From assembly GCF_009914755.1 (NCBI RefSeq), contig NC_060925.1: a DNA stretch of 64,000 nt; one strand, 5' to 3'. A program made the translations under genes and the position numbers. Within the stretch, counting starts at the first letter, position 1, and each line of letters opens with the position of its first letter. A model generated the notes under the pieces. The model was not told where the DNA came from. It saw nothing but the letters and a program-made list of their open reading frames with translations, and did not search any database. Positions 54,251 to 64,000 of this stretch are shown in pieces. This DNA is from the human T2T-CHM13v2.0 reference genome, Homo sapiens.

Positions 54251-55183
54251 AGCAGGAGTTCTTTTTAAAAAAAATTTCGTTCTGGAGCAGTGCTTATGGG
54301 GGGAAATGACTGGAGTCAGGGGTAGGAGCAGGTGTGGAGCCCCCATTGTCCATTGCCTTTTGCATTCCAGTGAGCATTCAGCATCTAATAAATAGAAGTC
54401 AAATGCTACTAGGCTAAGAAGAAAGATCCAGGAAATGAGGCAGGAGGGTTGCATGAGGTCAGGGAAGGAGGCCTGGAGGCCCTGAAGGCCTGGGAGTGTA
54501 AGAGGAAGCAGGAAGGAATGTGGGGAGCCTGCATTTTCCCTCCAAAGTGTATGCACTTGACCCTGTGCCCTCTTCTGGGTTGGTGTGATAAAGGCTGTGC
54601 ATCAGTTGGACCTACAGACAGGAGGCAGTGGAGAGGCTGGATAAGAGGCCACTGCAGGGGTCCAGTGTGAGTGATAAAGAAGTGATAAATGAAAGAAACA
54701 AGAGATGGAATCCCAACACTTAGCAGTGGATTGGTGGGGAGGCCACTACCAGGAAAAGAAAGGGAGAACTATGGTCCTTTCTTGGGTGCCTTCTGATAGA
54801 AAACGGCCTGTGGACCTGGGTCCATTTGCATAGTGGCCTGAAACTCGGGTTACCTGGCTCCAGGTGGCCCTGGTGTGAGATGTGTACAGGTGTCTTCCGG
54901 AACTGAGCAGGACTTGACTATTCGCCACAGTGTCTCCCAGAGCCAAAGTGGATGACAGATGGACAGACTCCCCAGCACAGCAGTGCCATCCCCAGCAAAA
55001 GCAGGACGAGAGTGTGTGTGAGGGCTGGGGAGGGACAGTGCCTGGAGTGGGGGTTGGAACAGTCAAGACTCAGGGGCCAAGGAGAAACATCACTGTTGCC
55101 TTGTCTGAATTATGCATAAGCAAGGTGATGTGGAACCCTGTGTGGAAACTTCGGGAGCAATTGCTTAGAAACCCTGACTTTAA

Positions 55184-55817
<634 letters not shown>

Positions 55818-56325
55818 AGAATCTCTGACTTCAGTTCTCACACAGCCTCTCCTTTAAGTGGAAACTTAAAATATCCTGTTCCCGTGACAGCATTACAGCA
55901 AATACATATTTCCACAATCACTACCAAAAATACATGGTGGTCAGGCTCACTTCCTCTCCCTAACAGACACACACACACAGACGCCGCACCACCCCAGCAA
56001 CACACACTTGTGAGGACTTCAGCATCTTCCCATTCAATAGTGTTTCATCTTAACTCAGGCTGAGCCATGCAAGAGAGGGAAAGCCAAAAGCACGGAAGGT
56101 GGCCTTGGTTTTGTTTAGCGCTGTCTCAGGATCAGAATGGGCTGGCAAGCTACTCTGGTTTGCCGAGACGCCCCCAGAAATCCTCTCTGGAGTAACCTTG
56201 TGGGTTGCGGTTGCCACAGAGCACGGTGGGAGACTGTAGCCCAGGGTGGAGAGGGTAGGGCCGATGCGTGTCCATACCTCCCCAGGTTTCTGCCCTTGAC
56301 CTCTCTCCTCCTGTCTCTTCATCAG

Positions 56326-57881
56326 AGATGGCCACAGAAGCCCAGCCCGGGACCCCAGGACGACCCCTGCCTGCAGAGACAGCCTCCAGAACGGGCACAC
56401 GAGCGATTCCTCCAGCGGAGAGTCCAGCGGTGGGCACAGGCCGAGGCGGGGCCCCTCGCCGTCGCACGTGCGCTTTGAGGATGAGTCCGCCCGCGAAGCC
56501 GAGTTCCGTCACCTGGAGCGGCTGCAGCAGCGCCAGCGCCAGGTGCTGAGCACCGTGTTGCAGGCCGCGGACCAGGGCCCCCTGCGCTCCAAGCCCGACC
56601 TCGCCGACTACATCAACGGGGCTCCCCGGCTCCGGGACGCGGGGCAGGGGACATTCCACAGGCTTGTGGGCAGCCTGGACCGCAGGGGACACCCGGCACC
56701 GCCGGCACCGGGCAGCGAGAGGAGGTGCCAGGCCTGCGGCAGCTGCATCGACGACCCGCGCCCCGCCCAGGGGAAGGCGCCCCCCGTCCCCAGGACCCTC
56801 CAGGAGCTCCAGGCTGCCTGTGGGATGGAGAGGGTGCTGGGTGGCCTGAGCTCCCCACTCCGGCTCCTTCCTGCAGAGCCCCGGCTCCACATGGAATGGA
56901 TCCGGGAAACACACATCGGAGACACCGTGTGCCCTGCGGAGGTGGACTCTGCCCTGGACAGCACAGACAACTCTGACAACTGCAGGACCGACAGTGAGGA
57001 GGCGGGGACCTCTCAGGCTGGCTGGGCGTGTGGGCGGACCCAAGGCAGCAGCCCGCGACTGCGACTGCGGGGCTCCAGGCCTCGAGGCCACAGGTGGTCC
57101 AAGAAGGCTGAGGCGGAGCTCCCTTGGGGCCTTCAGGCCCAGCAACACCTGCCTAGGGCTGATGATGTGGAGGTGGAAAATGAGGTGAAAGAGGGCAGAG
57201 GACACACGCCTGAAGGAACTCTATTTTTGAGAGAAGATGCCAAGCCTCCTGACCTGGAGTTGAAGCGGGTGTCCCTGGGACCCCAGTGGCAGCCTGGACC
57301 AGGGCTGGGAAGTCACCAGCCTCACCCTTTGGATTCCCGGACTCCATGCAGGACAGCCTATGCCACCACCGCCCCCATGACGCCTGAATCATCGGGGCCA
57401 GGAGGCCAGGCCCAGGTTACAGAAAGCCACGAGTCCCTGGAAATTGTCTCTCCTTCCTCCCTGCAACAGAGCCATGCAGAGCCTTCTGCCCCACACCAAG
57501 CCTGGCAGCCAACAGCTTCCTTGTGTCCTGAAGGCTGGGCGCCAACCCCTCCCCCTTCGAGGAAAACCACCTCGCCAGTGTCTCACAGGAAGGCAGCCCT
57601 GGCTGGACTGCTCAGGCTGGGTGACCAGACAGAGCCTGTGGGTATCCCTCGGCCTCCTTCAAGAAGCGCGGTTCTCAGGACCTGTGAGCTGCCCCCATCA
57701 CAGACCCAGCCCAGCCGCCCTCAGGTCAGGCACCCACTGCTGGCCCTGTCCACCAACAACTGCAACAATAGCGCACCTCGGGGGCTGCAGGAGCCCTACG
57801 GGGGAGCCGTCCACGAGGGTAGGGTGGAGAGGGGCCCCTGCAGCCGGGAACCGGAGCCGCCCCTGGAGAACAGCAGAGATG
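56326..57881 (+). CDS. KIAA1614: KIAA1614 coding exon 5 (1556 bp), including the SGE...VRF (DUF4685-type) region
   Basis: ctcttcatcag acceptor, (R)DGHRSPARD...[26 protein letters not shown]...PLENSRD(G), donor G|GTAAGG. Coincides with the 496 aa ORF. Confidence 0.97.
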
Positions 57882-59765
57882 GTAAGGGGCTGCCGCTGGT
57901 TCCTGCCCAGCCCAGGCCTGGTGTGGTTCTACAGCAGACGCCCAGACCCAATCCATGACACACAGGCCTTCAGAGTCATTCCCTTTTATCTCAATAGTCA
58001 GATGGCAGCGTCACATACCACCTCGGCAGCTCCTTGGAGCTGCTCTGAGGTGTCAGGGGTGCTGGTGGAGGCTGGATGCAGGATTGACCGCCGGCCTGGA
58101 GGCAGACTAAGCAACTCCCTCCCGGGGGAGGCAGAACCATGGGGAAGGTGGTGGAGACGTCCTCTTCCTGTTGGGAACCCTGAGGTTCCAAGCTCCAAGC
58201 TCCAAGCTCCATGGCTGCTGGAGGCCTGGACTTTAAGGGATGTACTCCCAACAGCTCAGGAAGAGGCAACAGCTCCAGGATTTACTATTTGTTTAGAACA
58301 GTAGATGTCCACTAATCACATGGCTGAGGCCCTGCCCCTCCAGCATCATTATTTCATTTCATTCACTCATTCATTCCTTCCGCATTGGCTGAGCACCTGT
58401 TATGTGCCAGGCACTATACTAGGCACTGTGGGGAATGCACATGTGAATACTTGAGCAGGAGTCCTGCCCTTGAGGCATTCTGTGGCCAGGCAGACACACT
58501 GTCCAGAGGACCCTGTGACCAAGGGAACAGGGCTCCTAGGTGGTGTGCTTTCTGGTACCAGACCCTCCCTGGCCCCTGGGCCTGTTGGTGGACCAGTAGG
58601 TTTCAGCAGGCAAGGCTGCTGAAGGGTGTGGGTCTCACCACTTTGCCTTTGGAAGGGGTCCTTATATTGTGGGAGAATCCTGGGGGTTGGCAGGCTCAGG
58701 CTCTGATCCCTGGTGTTGTGATCCCAGGTGACCAACTCTGCCGCTCACTTTTAGGCAGAGATAACAGGCTCACTCCACACATTTTTGCTCTAATGTGACC
58801 ACGGCTCTGACAGTCTTGGGGCTGGGATGGCTCAAGAGGGACCCAGGGCTTGGCAACAGAGTGGAGGGAGAGAGGGCAGAGAGATGACAGACCTTATTGA
58901 GGATGTGGATGCAAAGTCCCCTCCACTGCACAGGGACACACAGACTTGGTCCCTCTTCCTCCCTTGCTTACACAAACCTTGAGGCAACCGCCTCCCCCTG
59001 GGGTCCCTCCCACCCTGTGCTGAGTGGCGATTTCCTTCTCTGGTGGGCTCTAGGCAGGCTGTGGGCTTGCCCCTAACCACTTCCTGCAGGGCTTCCCTTC
59101 TGAGACCTGCTGACCTCTCTGGGCAACGTGAGCCTTTACCTTGGAGCTTGAAGCAGAGCGAGTGAGGCCCTCGGCGAGTCCCTCAGTCCCTTAGCCTGCC
59201 AGCATCCTCCTCCATAAAGTGAGGACGATGACGGCACCATCTCCTAGGACTCCGTGAACTCATCTCTGGAGAGGATTCCACTTGCTGCCTAGCACATAAC
59301 AGATCTCCAGAAATGATGGCTATTTTAAAGCTCTCAGAAATCACAACTGACAAGATTGTGGGTTTTGTCCCAGGAATACAAAATTTTCCCCTGTTCCCAC
59401 TGTGTCCCTTGATATAGAAGGGACATGGCTTATCATAGTCAACCTTTTCATTTAACAAACAGTGATCATCTACTGTGGACCAGGTGCTGTGCTGGGTGAC
59501 GAGGTTACAGCAGTCAACAAGACTCAGTCCCTGTCCTCAAATAGTTTCCAGCTTAGAGGACACTCATGAGGGGTCCTCAGCCCTGGTCATCTAAGAGGCC
59601 ACCCCACCTTCCCTTGCTGCTTCCCAGGTCTCTCCACTGCTCTCCTTGAGCTCCACCTCTCCAGCTTCTTCTCACCCTCCCCCTGTTGCTGGGAATGTCC
59701 CATTCCCCCACAGGACCTGTGGGATGAGCCGGTCTGACTCAGGTGGGATGCTGTGCTTGTTTCAG

Positions 59766-59922
59766 GAGGACCCCAGGGCTTTCTTGGCTCAGCAGATGTT
59801 GCCACCATCAACTCCACGGGCATCACCCTCTCCCTGTCCTCAGAGGAGTCAGAGTCCAGCAAGGAATCAGAGGGAAGCCTGCAGAGGACAGGGTCAGGAT
59901 CTGGAGGACATGTGCTGTCAAG
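59766..59922 (+). CDS. KIAA1614: KIAA1614 coding exon 6 (157 bp)
   Basis: gtttcag acceptor, (G)[28 protein letters not shown]...GHVLS(R), donor AG|GTGAGT. Confidence 0.94.
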
Positions 59923-60489
59923 GTGAGTGACAGGAGAAAGAGCCAGATTGCAGAAGGAGGTGGGAATGGGGGCTCTGGGAGGGGACAGAGACCCCCTGGA
60001 GTGGTGGCATGACCCACCTCCCTGCCCCTAGTCTTCAGAGGATCCCTAGACTGTGAACAAGCCTGGCAGCCCTCCCACTCCTCTCCCAGTGTCGTTTAGT
60101 CTGATGTACCTGATCATTCATTCATGGAGCATCCATTGAACGGCCTCTAGCTGCAGACACTGTGCCGGTGCCTGGGGCAAAGCTAGCAGAGCCCTAGCCC
60201 TGGGGAGGGGCCCAGAATGGGGTTACCTGTCTGAGAGGCTTCCTCCTGCTCTCTGCTTGGATTCTCGAAAGTAACCAGATGCAATCACATTTCCCTTCTC
60301 TCCTTCAGCTCAGGCAGAGCTGGGGGGAGAAGGGGGGAGTGGGGGAAGGGTGGGGACCGAGTCCTGGCCCTCGGGACCTCCTTGGCTTGCCTCAAAGCCT
60401 TGGTGAGCCCGGAGTTCTGGCCAGGGCCTTCTCTTCCCTGTGACACACTATGCCTGGTGGCTGCAGGCAGCTCTAAGCCTGAAGAGGCA

Positions 60490-61431
60490 CCAGAGCCAGC
60501 TCTCCATCTCTAGCACCATCTGCTCTCCAGAACTTCAGAGCTGCATGCCCAGTTTCTCCTGGACATCTCCATCAGGGGGTCTGATGGGCCTCTCAAACAA
60601 AAAGCTCAACAACTGCTTCGCCCATGTCCCCTTCCCGGCAAACACATCACTGTCTGTCTGCACAGCACACAAGCCCGAATCCAGGAGTCCTGGGCTGCTT
60701 CCTCTTCCTTCTCTCCCACTGTAACCCTCTGCAAGTCCTTGCCAGCTCCGGAACCCCCTGCCTCCCACCACTTCTCCTGGCCTGAACTCATGGCTTCTTT
60801 GCTATACAATTCTAGTCGCCCCTACCTGCTCTCTGCCTTCACTCTTGCCCCTACATTTCCTTCTCCACACAATAGTCAAGGGTCGCTTTTTAAAACTTGG
60901 ATTAAATGGTGTCATTCTCCTACTGAAAACCCTGCCTGCAATGGTTTTTCCCTGCACTTGAAGTAGACTTCACACCCCGGCTGTGGTTGGTCCTGCTTTG
61001 TGGAATCCGCCTTGCCTGCCTGTCTGACCTCATCTTGTCCTGCCTCTTCCCCCTTTCTCATCACCTACACCCAAGCCTCATGGCCTGGCCCCTTTCTGTT
61101 CTTAAACACCCAGAGCTCTTCCTGCCCCAAGGCTGTGGCACCAGCTGTTCCCCACACCTGGACTACTCAACTCCAGGCGTGGCAGCCCTGGCTCCTTCTT
61201 CAACTCTCAGTTTAAAGCTCCTCTTCTCAGAGAGACCTTCCCCACCACTCCATTTCAAAGAAGTGCCTGGTCACAGTCTGCTTCACCCACATGGGATGGG
61301 TCTCCTTGGTTTTCATGGTCTGTTGTTCATAAGCTCCTGAGAGTAGGCACCTTGTTTGTCTTGCATACACACACCCCAGGACCTAGAAGAGGCTGACACA
61401 TAGTAGGTCGTTAAGAAGTATTGAATGAATG
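60490..61431 (+). mobile_element. LINE-2 3' portion
   Basis: Ends taagctcctgagagtagg...cacatagtaggtcgttaagaagtattgaatgaatg. Confidence 0.75.
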
Positions 61432-62119
<688 letters not shown>

Positions 62120-62255
62120 TTAGTTCCTGGCCCCAAATGTGCCAGAGGCATTGGTGCTGGCCCATCTGCGGCCCTTGAGATGGCCCCAGGGTACAGTCTC
62201 CCTGGCCACCCTCCCGGCCCTCCCCCGCCCCCTCACCTCCACCCTTGTGTTTCAG

Positions 62256-62496
62256 AGCATCAGCAGGAGCTGGCACAGGACCCGGCTCCCCCTCGGCTGC
62301 CCCTTTGGACCAGAACAAGAAAAGGAGCAGCAGCATAGCCTCCACCCTGGGGCTGAAAAAGCTCTTCTCAGCCCTGGGCCAGAGTTCCCGGCCCAAGCTG
62401 GGCAAGTCCCGCAGCTACAGTGTGGAGCAGTTGCAGCCCGCCCCGCCTGGCCTGACGTCACAGTCCAGGGCCCCATCGTTACAATCCCTGCACCCG
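62256..62496 (+). CDS. KIAA1614: KIAA1614 coding exon 7 (241 bp); gene continues beyond the window
   Basis: gtttcag acceptor, (R)[12 protein letters not shown]...[21 protein letters not shown]...SLQSLHP, donor CCG|GTGAGT. Cumulative CDS is 3159 nt (1053 codons) with no stop. Confidence 0.95.
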
Positions 62497-62739
62497 GTGA
62501 GTCCAGGGGCCCCAGCCCAGGGAGTGAAGCCAGTAGCGGTGCAACCACCATCAGAATGAAAAGTGAAAGGAGGGAGGAGGTGATGAGGATGCCTCCCAAG
62601 GAGCCCACAGTAGGGAGACGGAAGCTGCTGGCATCCCCATGGTTGACCCATGAGACTTGGGTTCCCCTAGAACCAAGTCAGCAGCTCCTCACACTGCTGT
62701 TCCCCGCCAGCCGCCCAGGCCTGGGGTCACTCTAGGCTA

Positions 62740-63060
62740 CTCCCTCTTCCTCAGCTTTGCCACCTCAGCCAAGTCTCGGAGAGTTGACAGCCTGATGGTT
62801 CTGGAAACTTCTCCATGGCCATAGTGACTCTGAGCCCAGGCACAGATCACTTCCCACGTGGATTCCCTCAGCAGTCCCTTGACTGGCCTCCCTGCCATGG
62901 TCCTGCATGTGGCTTCCAGAGTGGTCCTTCTGATATGCAAATCCGACCACGCCACCCCCTCGCCGAACATCTGTCATTGGTCCCTTATCGCCTTCAAGAC
63001 AAAGTTCAGACCACTTGGCATGGCCAGAGAGTTTCTGGGATCTGTCTGCTTTCATCCCTC
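62740..63060 (+). mobile_element. LINE-2 fragment
   Basis: ccagagtggtccttctgatatgcaaatccgaccac...ttcaagacaaagttcagacc, L2-type. Confidence 0.55.
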
Positions 63061-64000
63061 CTCATTCTTCTTTTAACACGCTTGACCCCGGTTGCAGCTG
63101 ACCCCCTTGCAGTTCTGTCGATCACACACAGTCTGACTTCGAACCTTCAGGGCTCTTTCTCCCACCTTCCCCACCTGCAAATGCCCACTCATCCATCTAC
63201 TGCAGGCACACGCCCCTCAGGGAGCCGCTCCCAATCCTGCCTCAGGCCGAACTGGGGCTCCACCCCCCTCCCCACCCCCCCAGCCCCGCTCCCATTTCTC
63301 CTATGCCTCCCTCCTTTGTGGAACTCATGTTTAGGCATCATGTTTAGTTGGGTTTTTGTCTCTCAGCCCTCACTGGAGTGTGAGTTATTTGAGGGAACAA
63401 CGCTTGATCTTTGTATTCCGGTACTTACTAGGGAAGCTAGTGCAGTACGCACAATACATACTGAGTGGTGAGTGGGTGGGACGCGCAGGGCAGCTCGCTC
63501 AGGCTCTCCCTCACGAAGCGCCCCACGCTCTGCAACCAGGAGCAGCACCCCTCGGACACCCCTTCTGTTCCAGGGAGTTCAGGTGGTCTGTTTCTCCTAA
63601 TTCCCTCCCCGCTCTCCTAGGCAGAGTGAAGCAGGTGAGAGCGGTTTGCGTCGCTGGCGCCTTTCATTTCCCAGGCTGCAGGCGAGAAGAGGATGCGGAC
63701 TGAATGAAGGTCCCATTGACTGTCTTCCACCAAAGACTGTCCAAGGCGTGTGGCCAGTGCTCAACAAATATTTGCTGGTTGAGTGAATGGAAGGCAGAGA
63801 AACCGCCGCAGATATTGAAGCTGGGGGGAATCGGCAGCGGTGACTTGTGCTCGGGAAGCTCACTGTTCTTATGAAGTTAGGTTTATCCAAAGCGTGTCTG
63901 AGCTGTGGCACCCAGATTTATTGTCATCAGGACTTCCATCTCTGTAAGCCCTCCAAGGCAAACACCACCCCCGTCGGTGTCATGGAGAGGTTCATAGGCA

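Noticed and set aside
56150-58304. 351 aa antisense ORF and 286 aa alternative-frame ORF over exon 5 (also the 283 aa antisense ORF over exon 2)
   Set aside because: Shadow frames of GC-rich coding exons, with no homology or independent gene structure.
62497-62505. Donor sequence GTGAGTCCA encodes VSP, the residues I recall starting the next exon
   Set aside because: Most likely coincidence of the donor consensus. Exon 8 is outside the window, so it cannot be tested.

Overview
Human (or very close hominid) genomic DNA, recognisable as the XPR1-KIAA1614 locus (chr1q25.3, from recall), both genes on the + strand. It holds the last two coding exons of the phosphate exporter XPR1 (1272-1493, 5204-5264) and its long AT-rich 3' UTR. 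A ~22 kb repeat-rich intergenic region follows, with a decayed ERVL gag-pol fossil, MaLR/THE1 and MER41 LTRs, L1/L2/MIR pieces and many Alus. Next come a CpG-island promoter and coding exons 1-7 of KIAA1614 (34451-62496; 1053 codons splice in frame; the 3' exons lie beyond the window). Nearly all other listed ORFs are repeat-derived or GC-rich shadow frames. I see no CRISPR array, tRNA, rRNA or intact mobile element, and no clearly new multi-gene system. The best leads are all inferences that need testing: (i) the conserved KIAA1614 SGE...VRF block reads as a phosphodegron plus PP1-docking module; (ii) a 189-codon overlapping uORF whose length depends on the codon-64 variant; (iii) an in-frame MER1B-derived cryptic exon; (iv) a 14-nt candidate poison micro-exon; (v) an intact antisense HERV-H LTR7 promoter in intron 3; (vi) a possible intron in the XPR1 distal 3' UTR. 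Repeat subfamily names come from recalled consensus sequences and should be confirmed with RepeatMasker/Dfam.
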